Positions 10,679 through 21,428 of a stretch of DNA of 64,000 nt are shown here, in pieces. How positions within the stretch are numbered: position 1 is the first letter of the stretch; the number at the start of each line of letters is the position of its first letter. Below the pieces are notes generated by a model that did not search any database, was not told the DNA's origin, and was given only the letters and a program-made list of their open reading frames with translations. Where the stretch lies: assembly GCA_965116885.1 (NCBI GenBank), contig OZ220741.1, positions 4,736,001 through 4,800,000 of the forward strand. Direction: 5' to 3'. The DNA comes from Candidatus Latescibacterota bacterium. GTDB taxonomy: Bacteria; Latescibacterota; UBA2968. Both the position numbers and the translations under genes were made by a program.

Positions 10679-10723
10679 AGTTTATCGCCTCTCAGCCCAA
10701 AATTCAAGCCAAATACTACGAGC
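10679..10723 (-). promoter_or_regulatory. sigma70-type promoter TTGAAT-17-TAAACT, copy 1 of a 45 bp repeat
   Basis: -35 at 10707-10702, -10 at 10684-10679; 39/45 identical to 29038-29082. Confidence 0.6.
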
Positions 10724-10810
10724 TATGCCTTGTGTGAGACAAGCCAATAGTCTATATTTCTAATAGCTCTTATTCTCAAAACTTTAGTATTTTTGGTGAA
10801 AGGCCCCTCG

Positions 10811-13279
10811 ATGAACACAACCCTCAAATGTGTTGCACCCGCCCTGCTCTGTTTCCTGCTCTCTGCACCGCTTGCCGCTCAAAAAGCCCAGATTGACTCT
10901 CTCATTGCCCAGGGACAGGCTGCCTTTGAAGCCAATAGAAAAGACCAGGCCATCAAAGCGCTTACAGCAGCCATCAAACAAAATCCCGATAACATCCAGA
11001 CCTATCTCGCCGTTGCCCCCATATACATCAAGGCGGAATATCTGGATCACGCGATGAAGGCATTCAAAGAAGCCCTCAAACTCAATGATGCCTCGCCAGA
11101 AGCCCAGACCGGCATTGCAGAAATCCACTATAAAAAAGCCTCTGGTGGGATCATGGCCGTTTACCATGCCCGCAAAGCCGTCAGCGCGGCCCGGCGCGCC
11201 ACCCGGCTCGACCCCACCTACGCACCCGCCTACATCCTCCTCGGTCGCGCGTACATCCGCCTGAATGAGAACCACACCGCTGCCTCGCGGGCTTTTGCAC
11301 AGGCATTGACACACCAGCCCGACAATCCCGAAATCGCCTATCTCCTGGGCACTTCTTATATTGAACTCCGCCGCAACGCCCAGGGCCGTCAGCGCGACAA
11401 CCAGATGATCCTGAGCGAATCCATCCTCAAAAACCTCGAATACCACCTCGAAAATGCTCGCTTCCTCCCCATCGCCGCGCAGATCCTCTTCGATAAAGGA
11501 GAGCCAGAAAAAGCACTCAACGTCTTTGAGCAATTCATCGCCACCCTGCCCGAAAAAGAACGGGCCTATTACGACGACATCGCCAGGGTAGGCACCAAAG
11601 AAGAAATCAAAATCTACGAAGAAACCCCCGAAGCCGAGCAACCCGTCTTTCTCGAACAATTCTGGGCAAAGCGCGATTTTGATTTGCTCACCGAAGTCAA
11701 CGAACGCCTCATTGAACACTACCGCAGGGTGTGGTACGCGCGAAACCACTTCGCCGAAGCCAAAACGCCCTGGGATGCGCGGGGAGATATCTACATCCGC
11801 TACGGCGACCCCGACTACCGCGCGCGTTCTGGCAGGGCCAATCCCGAAATCACGCCCGCCGTAGAACAGGTCAAAGAACGCCTCGCTCTGGCTCTCTACG
11901 GTCCCGAAGCCATGGACGAAGTCTTTACCGGACCGGTCTATCCGATCCGATCCAACCAGTCTTTCGTGGGCGAACTCGACCCCGCAGCTCTCGCACGCAC
12001 AGATGAAGGCGGCAATATTCTCGTACCCCCCGGCACAATTGAAGGCAACCAGGACGAATTCATTCTCACAGAAGCCCTTGGGGCAGATGGAGAGGCAAGC
12101 GGTGAAGTCGGAGAAATTGGGCAGTTGGCTCTCGACGAATACCAACGGCGACAGATGCGCCCCGAAAACCAGCACCACTTCCTGCCCGTCACCTCACGGG
12201 GCGACATGACCATTGTCCCCTGGGAAACCTGGGTCTATACCAACATCGGAGAAGGCATCGAAATCACCTTCACCAATGAATTGGGCAACGGGGTTTACAG
12301 CTACGCGCCGCTTCCCGACTTCCCCCACGAAGAAACCACCATTGGCCTTCACCGATACTCCCTTCTCGCGTATTACGCTCCCGAGGCCATCGCCAACCGC
12401 ACGGTCAGCGAAATCCCCGACTTTTACACGCCCGGCGGTCCCATGTCGGGCCTCGGATTCCACTACGATTTTGCCGACTTTCGCGGATCAGATGGCGCTA
12501 CCCGCCTGGAAATCTACTACGGCATCGACCCCGTAGAAATGGGCACCTTTGCTTCGGGCGATACCTCCACGATTGTCGCCGACTGCGCCGTCATCCTGGC
12601 CGACACCTCCTACACCAATGTTTACCGCACACAAGACGCCATATTTTTCCGGTCTATCGGCCACCGCATGTGGCCCGAAGGCTCCTTCATCCCCACCCTC
12701 ATCCCGATCGACGTACCCCCCGGCAACTACCTGCTCACAGTACAGGTCAACGACCGCGCTGCCGAACGCAAAGGTATTTATCGCCATCAAGTACACGTTG
12801 AACCCTACCAGTCCAACGCCTTGCAACTCAGCGATATCCAGCTGAGCTGGAATATCTCAGAAAATCCGGGCGACGAAAAATTCCGCAAAGGCGACGTATG
12901 GGTCGTGCCCATGATCTCCCGCGCCTATCAGAAGAACCAGAATGCCTATGCCTACTACGAACTCTACAACCTCACCCGAAACGATTTTGGGCAAACCCGC
13001 TATCGCGTCACCTATACCATTGCCGTGGAAGATCCAATACGCCCCTTCAATCTGGTCCGCAGCAGCGTTGGTGCTCTTACCAGGATATTTCAGCGGCAAG
13101 ACAAAACACAGGTCACAGTCAGCTTTGAACAGACCGGCAACGAACAATCTACCACCGGGTATTTTGAACTCAGCCTGAAAAAAGTCAAAGCCGGTTACAA
13201 CCGCCTCACCGTCACAGTCGAAGACCTCAACAATGGACAAAAAGCCGCCAAAGAAATCCAGTTCAGGTATAAGAAATAG
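10811..13279 (+). CDS. GWxTD domain protein with N-terminal TPRs, secreted
   Basis: FLEQFWAKRD...NERLIEHYRRVWYARNHF...PWDARGDIYIRYGDPD...WETWVY; signal peptide from ATG 10811. Confidence 0.85.
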   Translation: MNTTLKCVAPALLCFLLSAPLAAQKAQIDSLIAQGQAAFEANRKDQAIKALTAAIKQNPDNIQTYLAVAPIYIKAEYLDHAMKAFKEALKLNDASPEAQTGIAEIHYKKASGGIMAVYHARKAVSAARRATRLDPTYAPAYILLGRAYIRLNENHTAASRAFAQALTHQPDNPEIAYLLGTSYIELRRNAQGRQRDNQMILSESILKNLEYHLENARFLPIAAQILFDKGEPEKALNVFEQFIATLPEKERAYYDDIARVGTKEEIKIYEETPEAEQPVFLEQFWAKRDFDLLTEVNERLIEHYRRVWYARNHFAEAKTPWDARGDIYIRYGDPDYRARSGRANPEITPAVEQVKERLALALYGPEAMDEVFTGPVYPIRSNQSFVGELDPAALARTDEGGNILVPPGTIEGNQDEFILTEALGADGEASGEVGEIGQLALDEYQRRQMRPENQHHFLPVTSRGDMTIVPWETWVYTNIGEGIEITFTNELGNGVYSYAPLPDFPHEETTIGLHRYSLLAYYAPEAIANRTVSEIPDFYTPGGPMSGLGFHYDFADFRGSDGATRLEIYYGIDPVEMGTFASGDTSTIVADCAVILADTSYTNVYRTQDAIFFRSIGHRMWPEGSFIPTLIPIDVPPGNYLLTVQVNDRAAERKGIYRHQVHVEPYQSNALQLSDIQLSWNISENPGDEKFRKGDVWVVPMISRAYQKNQNAYAYYELYNLTRNDFGQTRYRVTYTIAVEDPIRPFNLVRSSVGALTRIFQRQDKTQVTVSFEQTGNEQSTTGYFELSLKKVKAGYNRLTVTVEDLNNGQKAAKEIQFRYKK

Positions 13280-13294
13280 AGAGATGGCAAAATC

Positions 13295-13329
13295 AAAAAA
13301 AGGCGACCGAAAAACTCGGTCGCCTTTTT
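13295..13329. terminator. Bidirectional intrinsic terminator
   Basis: A-tract, AGGCGACCGA / TCGGTCGCCT stem, T-tract, between convergent genes. Confidence 0.85.
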
Positions 13330-13348
13330 ACATGCTCAACACAACGAG

Positions 13349-14290
13349 CTAAAAAGCGAAGCCCATCCCAAACCGCAAGGGTTGATTCAGATCGTGTTTG
13401 GACTCCTGCCAGGCCACATCCGCCGTGATCTCTGTCCCTGCCAGAGGCAATTTCACGCCTGCACCTGCTGTAAGTCCAAAGGAATCGTAGCGGAACATAT
13501 ACCCTCCGCGCAACGCCAGTATATTGCCCAACCAGGCTTCACCGCCCACATGGTAGCGCTCTTCCCAGTTAATCAGGAAGTTCATCTCAGCCGCCCCGGT
13601 GATATAAAACGGATCGCCTTGCTGCCCATAGACCTCGGCAGCGGTTCCCAGATTGAACGACAGGGGTTGCTGGAACTGTCTTCGCAAAACCTCTGTGTCC
13701 TTTCCGAAGTTCCGCAGTGCCATTGACAACCTCAGGCTGCCAAGCCCGGTGTAGAACTTGGTGCCAAAATCCACATTAAAAGTCGTGTGATTGGTCAGAT
13801 CAAGATCCTCGCGAGCCAGCATAAATCGCACGCCAAAGGACAGCTTATCCGTGAACTTGCGGCTATAGATGAGACTAAAAGCCGATGTGCCCAGGCTGAG
13901 CGTTCGACCCGTGCCTCCCGGCTGCAAAATCGTGGTCTCTTCCACATCCTGTGGCTTAAAAGTCAGGATGCTGACCCCAATGGTATGCACACCGCTTGTA
14001 TAAGCTATAGCCCCTGTGTTGAATGTAGAATTTACGAACCACTGCGAATGGCTCAACGACACTTCCAATTTCTCCACGCCCGTCATCCCGGCTGGATTCC
14101 ACCACGCGGCATTGACATCGTCTGCGGCTGTTGCATAAGCACTCCCCATTGCCACGGCGCGAGGGCTTTGCGCCACTGCAAGGGGCGAGAAGATTGTCAA
14201 GTCCGGCCGCTTAATAAGCCCACCTGCATATGCTGGAATAGCCATTAGTGTCGTGGCGAGCATGCAGATGAGAAAAACTTTTTTATACAT
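13349..14290 (-). CDS. PorV/PorQ-family (FadL-like, UPF0164) outer-membrane beta-barrel
   Basis: SPRAVAMGSAYATAADDVNAAWWNPAG signature; alternating beta strands; C-terminal Phe. Confidence 0.85.
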   Translation of the reverse strand: MYKKVFLICMLATTLMAIPAYAGGLIKRPDLTIFSPLAVAQSPRAVAMGSAYATAADDVNAAWWNPAGMTGVEKLEVSLSHSQWFVNSTFNTGAIAYTSGVHTIGVSILTFKPQDVEETTILQPGGTGRTLSLGTSAFSLIYSRKFTDKLSFGVRFMLAREDLDLTNHTTFNVDFGTKFYTGLGSLRLSMALRNFGKDTEVLRRQFQQPLSFNLGTAAEVYGQQGDPFYITGAAEMNFLINWEERYHVGGEAWLGNILALRGGYMFRYDSFGLTAGAGVKLPLAGTEITADVAWQESKHDLNQPLRFGMGFAF

Positions 14291-14345
14291 ACTTGCTCTC
14301 CTTATTCAGAGGGGCGATGGACAGAAACTGCCCACCGCCCGCCGA

Positions 14346-16850
14346 TTACCTGACAGTTCCCCCAACCACCACAAATGTCCCGCGCTGGATCTTTCCGTTG
14401 CTTTCTGGCGTCAGGGATTTCACCACGAAGAAATAGACCCCGGCTGGAACCTGTCCCGTCACCGCTTTGGTGAGCTGGATATATTCCGCTTCTCCAACCG
14501 CTGGATTATCGTGGTCAAACTCCGACATCAGATCCCCGGAAACCGAGAAAATCTTCACATTGCACTTGGACGGCAAATTCACGAATCGAATTTTATCCGA
14601 CCCCTCATAGGCGTGAGAACCATCGGCCAGGAAGGGATTGGGCACCACCGACACCTTCGCTTCCAGGCGTTCGGCCTCTGCATAAGCGGCCACTGCCGGA
14701 CTCGTGGGTATCCACGAATACCGGAAGAACTGCTCGGGAGCAGCCAATCCGCTCTCCAGCCCGCTTTGTACCGACTGCTGGGCAGCAGGTGGCAAATCGG
14801 ACAGCGTCCTGGTGCCATCGCTGCTGGTCCAGGTACTGTGACCAGTGTCATAAGCCGTCACCGCATAGTAATAGGCAAATCCAGCCAGAGATGTATCGTC
14901 GGTGTAAGAATACCGATCACCTTCTTTGTGCGCCGTATCTCCGACCTTGATATCCTTCAGGAGTTGCCAGTTGTCAAAATAAAAATCGCTGCGGTAAACC
15001 CGATAGCCGGCAATATCCTTCGCCTCAGTAGTACCCGCATAATCGGGATCTTCCAGATCGTCGATACTCTGCCAGCTAATTTGGGCCGTAGCTGCCGGTG
15101 TATTCGCGATCCAGGTGTGGAGATCCGGCGGTGGGAGCGGCACATCGCCGCCCAGTTCGTACATCGCCTGCGCGTGCTGCGCGTGCTTCATCAAATTCCG
15201 CATGGCCTTGTCCGTGTGCAAATCGGCCTGGTTCTGCGGGATATTCCGCTGCCAGCCCCACATATTTTCCTCTACTGGCATCGCCGCTGTAAAAGCCATC
15301 ACGATCTTCACGCGGTCACCCCTTTGCATATCGTAGGGACCGTAAGTGTGAGAAAACGCATGCCAGTTGGGCGACATGGGTTGCTCGGGAGTTTCGCCCC
15401 GTCGCGTGGGATTGTCCTGCACTGGCAGCGGCGCAGTCGGATTGTCTGGCCAGCCCGTGCGTCCGGCGATATTGAACGTACTCACCCGTTCGCCCGGCTT
15501 GGCCACCGACACCAGCGCAATACCGATCTCGTCGGTGCTATGCCGGTTGATATCCGGTTCTTCCTTGTGGGTGAACCACGGCACGGCAAAGGGCTGCTCC
15601 GCCACCTTTGGCGCTATGTAATTTGCGTAGTCGTCGTTCACAAAAGGCGGCGTATAGTCAATCGGAATCGCCCCCACGTACTGTCCGGCCAGAAGTTCTC
15701 CGCGCATTTGGAAGTTCACCCGCCCCCAGCAACACTGGTTTTCGGGCTGGTGGGGATCCCCCGCATCGTCGTGCGCTGTCAGCGGAGAATCCCAGTCAAA
15801 CGCATAGCTCATCTTCATCCCCACTGCATCGGCTACATCCGCGTGATTCGGGTCGGCCGTTCCATAGTTGGCCGCCTCGGTATAGCGGTACACATCGTCC
15901 TGAATCACATTGTAGTTCTCCGTTTCAGACCGGCGCAACAACCAGTAGTAATACCCCCGCGCTCTATCTACGCGATCGCGGTTGGCCGTACCGCCCTCCG
16001 TGGGCCAAAAATAGTTGTAAAAGGCAAAATAAACATCCTTGAGATTTAGCCCGGCACCCCCGTTGAGATCGGCAACGCCATCGCCGTCGGAGTCTCCGGT
16101 ATTCTCAAATATATTCTCCACAATGATGAAGTCATCCCAGTCCCGAAACGTCCACTGGTAGATCTTCTTTGTGCCCTGGATCCCGGCCTCCGTCGTCCAC
16201 TTGGCAATCGCCACCAGTTCTCCAAACCGCTTGTGCTCCGGCTTCATATACGTATGGAAATCCCAGTTGTGGATCTCCACGATATTTTCCGCGCCAGGAT
16301 GCGGCTGTCCCGGATACCAGTTCTTGGCTTCTCCGATAGGAATTCCCTTGAGCGGGTGCTGAGGATCCATTCCCACACCCAATTGCCCTTCGATTTCTGT
16401 ACTCACCGGATACTCCATCGGCGTGATGTCCGGACTGGTGGTCAGGCTCGTAAACGATACCACGAGTTCGTTCCCACGCGAGGGGGTGTATTCCGACGGG
16501 TCGGGCTTGGTGATAATAAATGTTCCCAGGCTCCGCGCCGTGGCCGTTCTCAGCAAGTAATTTTGCACCCACTGATTGGACCCCGGCCATCCGCGCCTAT
16601 CCCACAAACTGCCCGGCAAGCGGTTCCGCCCCGGATAGGCCACGCCTTCCATGCTGGCGCGCCGACTTCCGTCTCGATCGGGACCGTGCATGCCTGTGTT
16701 CATCAGCCCCGTCCAGAGCTTGCTGCGCCGCAGGTTGCGCCACGGCAGCCGAGGAATATTCTGAGCGGCTACCTCGCAGGCCAGCGACATCACAAAGATT
16801 CCCACAAGGATTGCCCCGGCCGTGCGAGAAAATTTCGCATACATTTTCAT
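14346..16850 (-). CDS. Large secreted protein with FN3-like domain and T9SS type-A-like C-terminal sorting domain
   Basis: Signal peptide; AGYRVYRS...YYYAVTAYD; C-terminal VSVVPNPF...IRFVNLP...VKIFSVSGDLM...PAGVYFFVV...GTFVVV. Confidence 0.8.
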   Translation of the reverse strand: MKMYAKFSRTAGAILVGIFVMSLACEVAAQNIPRLPWRNLRRSKLWTGLMNTGMHGPDRDGSRRASMEGVAYPGRNRLPGSLWDRRGWPGSNQWVQNYLLRTATARSLGTFIITKPDPSEYTPSRGNELVVSFTSLTTSPDITPMEYPVSTEIEGQLGVGMDPQHPLKGIPIGEAKNWYPGQPHPGAENIVEIHNWDFHTYMKPEHKRFGELVAIAKWTTEAGIQGTKKIYQWTFRDWDDFIIVENIFENTGDSDGDGVADLNGGAGLNLKDVYFAFYNYFWPTEGGTANRDRVDRARGYYYWLLRRSETENYNVIQDDVYRYTEAANYGTADPNHADVADAVGMKMSYAFDWDSPLTAHDDAGDPHQPENQCCWGRVNFQMRGELLAGQYVGAIPIDYTPPFVNDDYANYIAPKVAEQPFAVPWFTHKEEPDINRHSTDEIGIALVSVAKPGERVSTFNIAGRTGWPDNPTAPLPVQDNPTRRGETPEQPMSPNWHAFSHTYGPYDMQRGDRVKIVMAFTAAMPVEENMWGWQRNIPQNQADLHTDKAMRNLMKHAQHAQAMYELGGDVPLPPPDLHTWIANTPAATAQISWQSIDDLEDPDYAGTTEAKDIAGYRVYRSDFYFDNWQLLKDIKVGDTAHKEGDRYSYTDDTSLAGFAYYYAVTAYDTGHSTWTSSDGTRTLSDLPPAAQQSVQSGLESGLAAPEQFFRYSWIPTSPAVAAYAEAERLEAKVSVVPNPFLADGSHAYEGSDKIRFVNLPSKCNVKIFSVSGDLMSEFDHDNPAVGEAEYIQLTKAVTGQVPAGVYFFVVKSLTPESNGKIQRGTFVVVGGTVR

Positions 16851-16876
16851 GTCATATCCTCTGTCTAAGTTGAATC

Positions 16877-16905
16877 CGCGGTGTGGGCACTACGCCCACA
16901 CCGCG
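16877..16905. other. Perfect 12 bp intercistronic hairpin
   Basis: CGCGGTGTGGGC-ACTAC-GCCCACACCGCG between the TBDR and CTD genes; no U-tract. Confidence 0.65.
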
Positions 16906-16919
16906 ACACTATAGCCTGC

Positions 16920-19900
16920 TTACCAGGTCAACCGCAACCCTGCAAATACCAGGCGCGGATTAGTCCTCGTAAATCTGCTCAGCTCATTGGCATCGCCGCC
17001 GAACTGCACGAACAACGGGTCGGTAGGTTGCGCTTCAAGCAAGCCCCATCGCACGTAATCTGCACTCGTGGATGGCGAGCCTTTGAAGTTGAACAAATTT
17101 TCGATCTCCACATAAAGCAGCGGGCGGATGCCCCTGATATTGAACCCTTTCTGGACGCTGAGATCTACCGTCGAGATCGTGGGACCCTCTTTCTTCAGGT
17201 TCAAGCTGGTTTTCGGATCCTGGTAATCGAAGATCCGCCCCGTGAAGATGCGGTAGATCATGTTCACCCGGACATCGCCGAACAGCTTGCTACCCCAGAA
17301 CATCTCGCCGGGACCAAAATCGGGCGGGCTGGCATAAATCAGTACCAGGCTCCCATTTGTCCGCGTGGCATCGCTGCGCCCACCTTCCACACTCCAGCCC
17401 GTGGTCGAAAAGGCGTAAAGCCCCCGCAGCGCTGCTTGCTCTTCACTGGACAGCCCACTCTGCTCCCACAAGGGATAAAATTTCCCATCGTTGGTCGCGT
17501 ACATCGCACCCACGCCGAACTCGCCGGCCAACCCCTGGTCAACCACAGCCTGTGCTTTTGCCTTTAATTCTTCCAGCTTGGCACCGGTCGGCGGAGCGGG
17601 GATCTCTGCGCCCGTATTCGGGTCAATTGTGTGACTGACCCAGTACCGGTTGGGATCGGCAATATAGGATGCATCCGGATAGATGCTGGCGCCCATATTG
17701 CCCCGCTTGGTGCCGCCAATGGTCAGGCGCTCGCCCCAGCCAAAGTTGAGTGCGGCTTTGAACGAGAAGTTGTGCTTCAACCCCTTCTTCAATGCCAGTT
17801 CGATGCCTCGGGTCGTGGTGTGGCCCCTCGGACCCTGTGAACGGGTCTTGGCTTTGCCACCTTGCTGCGGGTCGCGGAATACCGCACCATTAACACTTAA
17901 AAATCCATTGGTGATGCGGTAATAGGCAGTGCCCTGGAAGGAATAATCGCTGATGAAATTCCACTCCGTGCCCAGCTCAAAAGCCGTAGAGACCTGCGAA
18001 TGCTGCAAGGAGAAAAATTGGTCAATCACAAAGGCCGCGCCAAACGAGTCATTCCGATCCAGCGCATTGTTCTCTTCTTGCGGGCTGATGACCCCGTCGT
18101 TGTTGCGGTCTATCGAGTGCGGGCCTGTAGATTGCCAGTTCTGCTGGTATATCCGGCGGAAATCCGGACGGGTGTGGAATTTCCCGTAGAAGAAGTGAAT
18201 CTTGGACTTGGCCGTAATAGGATGCGAGATACCCACCCGTGGCATAAACCAGTTCATTGGCTGCATATCCCCGTACTGCGCATGCTCTCGGAAACGCGTG
18301 TAGTTGTAGCCCATTGGCGTTCCCTGGTAGGGATAAAGCAGTGTCTCACCACCGTTATACCGCTCGTAGCGGAATCCCGCATTGATGATCAAACCCTCAA
18401 ACTCCATCTTGTCCTGCACATAAGCGTGGAGTTCGGTGGGCGTAATCCCCACACCGGGTTCATATCGCTTGCCCCAGTAAATCAACCACCGAGTGCGCCC
18501 ATCCACATTTTCGTACGTCTCGGTTTTCCAGTTGTTGTAGCGATAAAACGTAAAACCGCCCTTCAAGAAGTGCGTTCGGGTCACCTGACTGGCCAGATCA
18601 AACCGGAGTGCCAGCTTGTTCTGCTGCCCGACGCGCAGATCCCGCACCTGCCCGGGATCTGCGTAAAACCACCCGTCATTATCCAGGGATGGATTTATTG
18701 TCACACTTGGAATGTCAATCGTGTCCTGCTTGCTGGCAATATACGACAACCGCACCTCGTAAAACGTCTTTGCCGATAGGGTGTGGATGCTGGACACATA
18801 GAACATGTTGTCCGTCACCTGCCACTCCCCACCGAGTCTTCCGCGTTCATCGAGGAAAATCGCCCTGGAATTAAAGCTGTCCGCATAGCGACCTTTGCGG
18901 CTGGAATACAGCCCACCTGCACGGAGCTTGATATCCGGTGTGGCACTATAGGTTAATTTGTAACTCACATCCGCGTTAAATGGCTCGCGCTCAGTCGGCT
19001 GGGGCAGGTTCCGCGGCTGAACATCGTGCTTTGTGGTGGCAAAGAACGACAGATCGCGGTTAATAGGCCCCGAAAGGGACGCCTCTAAAAAATGCCCTCG
19101 CACATCGGTATAATCGCTCGAAGGCCGCTGATGCACCTTCCGACCATTGACTGTTTCATTGGCCCATTCAGTATCGCCATACTTCAGCCGGCCCTGATGC
19201 ACGAAGCTCTCGTAAGCATTGTTGCCCCAGTGCTTCTGTTGTGCTGGCGAGTACCGATAGTGCAACTGCCCGTGGTAATCCCGACCGCCATCTTTGGTTA
19301 CAATCTGGATAGAGCCGGTATTGCCGTATTCGGCATTCAACCCGCCAGCCAGCACCGTAATCTCTGAAATCGCCGACGTATTGACATCGCCGGTCCAGTT
19401 CTGCGTGCCTCCGCGGGTGCCCGTCCCGCGCCGCCCGTCCGAGTGCGTCATACGCACACCATCTACCGTATATTCAGCCAACTCGCCGCCATTGCCGCCC
19501 AAAAAGGCATTGCGGATCCGATTTGTGCCGTCGATGTTGACACCCGCCTCCAGTTCGATAAATGAATCCAGATCGCGGACAATGGGCAGCACTGCGATAT
19601 CCTCGGCTGTCACCACATAACGGCTCTCCGTCACATCTGCCTCCACCGGAGGCCGCTCTGCAATCACGGTCAACTCACCCAGCTCCAGAGCCGCTTCATT
19701 GAGAGAAAAATTCACAGTCGTCGTCAGATCCGACGCAACCCGCACATCGGACTTGGTCTCACCCGTGTACCCGACCATCGACGCCTTCACCGTGTAGCTT
19801 CCCGGGTCAACTGACAGGACAAAATAATACCCCTCTGCATCGGTTGTTGCCCCACGGGTCGTCCCCTCCACCTGCACGTTGGCACCCGGCAGAGCTTCTC

Positions 19901-20015
19901 CAGCCTTATCGACTATACGACCAGTAATTTTTCCCGTTGTCGCCGCCTCGGCCAGGCTGACAAAACCGAGGGCAAAAATCACAACGAGAACAAAACCCAG
20001 ACATTTTCTGTACAT
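16920..20015 (-). CDS. TonB-dependent receptor with N-terminal carboxypeptidase-regulatory-like domain
   Basis: GKITGRIVD...LPGANV...TDAEGYY; plug (YTVDGV, ISEITVLAGGLNAEYG); barrel YVQDKMEF, MPRVGISHP; C-terminal Trp. Confidence 0.9.
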   Translation of the reverse strand: MYRKCLGFVLVVIFALGFVSLAEAATTGKITGRIVDKAGEALPGANVQVEGTTRGATTDAEGYYFVLSVDPGSYTVKASMVGYTGETKSDVRVASDLTTTVNFSLNEAALELGELTVIAERPPVEADVTESRYVVTAEDIAVLPIVRDLDSFIELEAGVNIDGTNRIRNAFLGGNGGELAEYTVDGVRMTHSDGRRGTGTRGGTQNWTGDVNTSAISEITVLAGGLNAEYGNTGSIQIVTKDGGRDYHGQLHYRYSPAQQKHWGNNAYESFVHQGRLKYGDTEWANETVNGRKVHQRPSSDYTDVRGHFLEASLSGPINRDLSFFATTKHDVQPRNLPQPTEREPFNADVSYKLTYSATPDIKLRAGGLYSSRKGRYADSFNSRAIFLDERGRLGGEWQVTDNMFYVSSIHTLSAKTFYEVRLSYIASKQDTIDIPSVTINPSLDNDGWFYADPGQVRDLRVGQQNKLALRFDLASQVTRTHFLKGGFTFYRYNNWKTETYENVDGRTRWLIYWGKRYEPGVGITPTELHAYVQDKMEFEGLIINAGFRYERYNGGETLLYPYQGTPMGYNYTRFREHAQYGDMQPMNWFMPRVGISHPITAKSKIHFFYGKFHTRPDFRRIYQQNWQSTGPHSIDRNNDGVISPQEENNALDRNDSFGAAFVIDQFFSLQHSQVSTAFELGTEWNFISDYSFQGTAYYRITNGFLSVNGAVFRDPQQGGKAKTRSQGPRGHTTTRGIELALKKGLKHNFSFKAALNFGWGERLTIGGTKRGNMGASIYPDASYIADPNRYWVSHTIDPNTGAEIPAPPTGAKLEELKAKAQAVVDQGLAGEFGVGAMYATNDGKFYPLWEQSGLSSEEQAALRGLYAFSTTGWSVEGGRSDATRTNGSLVLIYASPPDFGPGEMFWGSKLFGDVRVNMIYRIFTGRIFDYQDPKTSLNLKKEGPTISTVDLSVQKGFNIRGIRPLLYVEIENLFNFKGSPSTSADYVRWGLLEAQPTDPLFVQFGGDANELSRFTRTNPRLVFAGLRLTW

Positions 20016-20037
20016 CGAAAAGCCTCCTTAGTGAAGA

Positions 20038-20736
20038 TTACCAATAATATTTAATCCCACCCGACAGATCTATGGCCTGCATTGGGAAGACTTTTTCAAG
20101 CCCCCAGTCCTCCAGGGGACGGAGTTCGCCCATAATCACATTATACCGCAAGCGAAGATCAATCACAAATTGCTCGGACCCCGCGATGCTAATCCCACCG
20201 CCAAATGAGAACGTCAGTGCCGCCACCTTGTCGTTAAAGGCGGGATTCATAATGCTGGTATCCAGGGACGTTCCCGACTGCCCGGGAAAAATCAACCCCG
20301 ACACCTCGTTCGCAAATCCGAAGAACCCGACGCCACCCATTATATAGGGCGATGTGCCTTCACCCAACTCGTTGAAATGGAGCAGGCCGCTGGCGGTCAG
20401 GCTATTGAACGTCACGCCTTGATCGACATTTGGACTGCGGTAGTTCTGGCTATCAATTGGCCAGGTGAACTCTCGCGTATCCAGATCGCCGCCCAGCATC
20501 GAAGAATAGTGATACTCAATCTCGGCGACAATCCTCGACGAAGCTACATAGTTATAGCTAATCCCCAACTTGGGAGACGCAGAGTACCACTCGCCAAATT
20601 TGAACAACGGTACATTTGCACTCCCGAAAAACCCGATCCCCGACTGGCCTTCTTCCAAGGCTCCAGCCGTGGAAACCGAAATTAGAACCGCCCCAGCGAG
20701 GCATAGTGTTCTAAACATCTCTCTCAACATCCGCAT
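20038..20736 (-). CDS. Outer-membrane beta-barrel (OmpA-like/porin family) protein
   Basis: ATG 20736 with AAGGAGG; signal peptide; SPYIMGGVG, LSGGIKYYW terminus. Confidence 0.75.
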   Translation of the reverse strand: MRMLREMFRTLCLAGAVLISVSTAGALEEGQSGIGFFGSANVPLFKFGEWYSASPKLGISYNYVASSRIVAEIEYHYSSMLGGDLDTREFTWPIDSQNYRSPNVDQGVTFNSLTASGLLHFNELGEGTSPYIMGGVGFFGFANEVSGLIFPGQSGTSLDTSIMNPAFNDKVAALTFSFGGGISIAGSEQFVIDLRLRYNVIMGELRPLEDWGLEKVFPMQAIDLSGGIKYYW

Positions 20737-21362
20737 AAGCTGGCCCTCCTTTGAGATAGAAAAAAACACAAACACAACACGGTATCGCTCTCAATTCAAA
20801 TACCCCTCCTTTCTCCGGCTCAATACATTTGTAAAACTTATCTTTACATTGACAAAAAAAATCATCTAATCTAATAATCAGTTAAATATCTATTTCTAAC
20901 TTTCAAACATGAGTACAAAAAAACCATCTATACCATGCCTTCCTGCAGGTTTTTAGACGGTTTTAGCTCCAAACTGATAATGAAGATAAATTATTGTCTA
21001 TTATTTCTTAGCACTAAATTTATAATACAATCACACATCTTCACTTATATCACACATAATATGCATTAAGATTTCGCCCAATGTCAAGTGTTTTTTCGAT
21101 CATTTGCTCACGAAAAACATACAAGCTGCATGATCCAGCTTTAATCTTTGTTACCGACCTATCCCTATGCCTGGCATCTATTAAAACTGTTGCATACCAA
21201 AATCTTAACCCATATCCTGTATGTCTCTCTCAATATCATCAATTACAGAGACCCGCTCGATTTTGACGGCCTCGTAAAATTTTGAAGTCACACATCGCGT
21301 AAATGATATATCGTCCTTTTTAGAGAATGACGAGTTATATTTTTTATATCGCCCTGCTGCGC

Positions 21363-21391
21363 TTGACAACGCCTCTCAACCCCCTTAACTT
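21363..21391 (+). promoter_or_regulatory. Putative sigma70 promoter TTGACA-17-TAACTT
   Basis: Consensus -35, 17 nt spacer, about 40 nt upstream of ATG 21429. Confidence 0.5.
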
Positions 21392-21428
21392 TCGGCATCT
21401 ACTCACTGTATTCTTTACGGATATCTCC

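Noticed and set aside
10549..10707. N-terminal extension MNFGLRG of PhyH and the similar ORF at 28914-29198
   Set aside because: The shared peptide is just the translated repeated promoter; the better start is 10548.
10784..16049. Long alternative ORFs (10784-12178 on -, 14253-16049 on +) and similar ones across the window
   Set aside because: Opposite-strand shadows of well-supported genes; no motifs.
20780..21300. AT-rich intergenic stretch as an ncRNA or small gene
   Set aside because: No convincing structure or ORF; consistent with a divergent promoter region.
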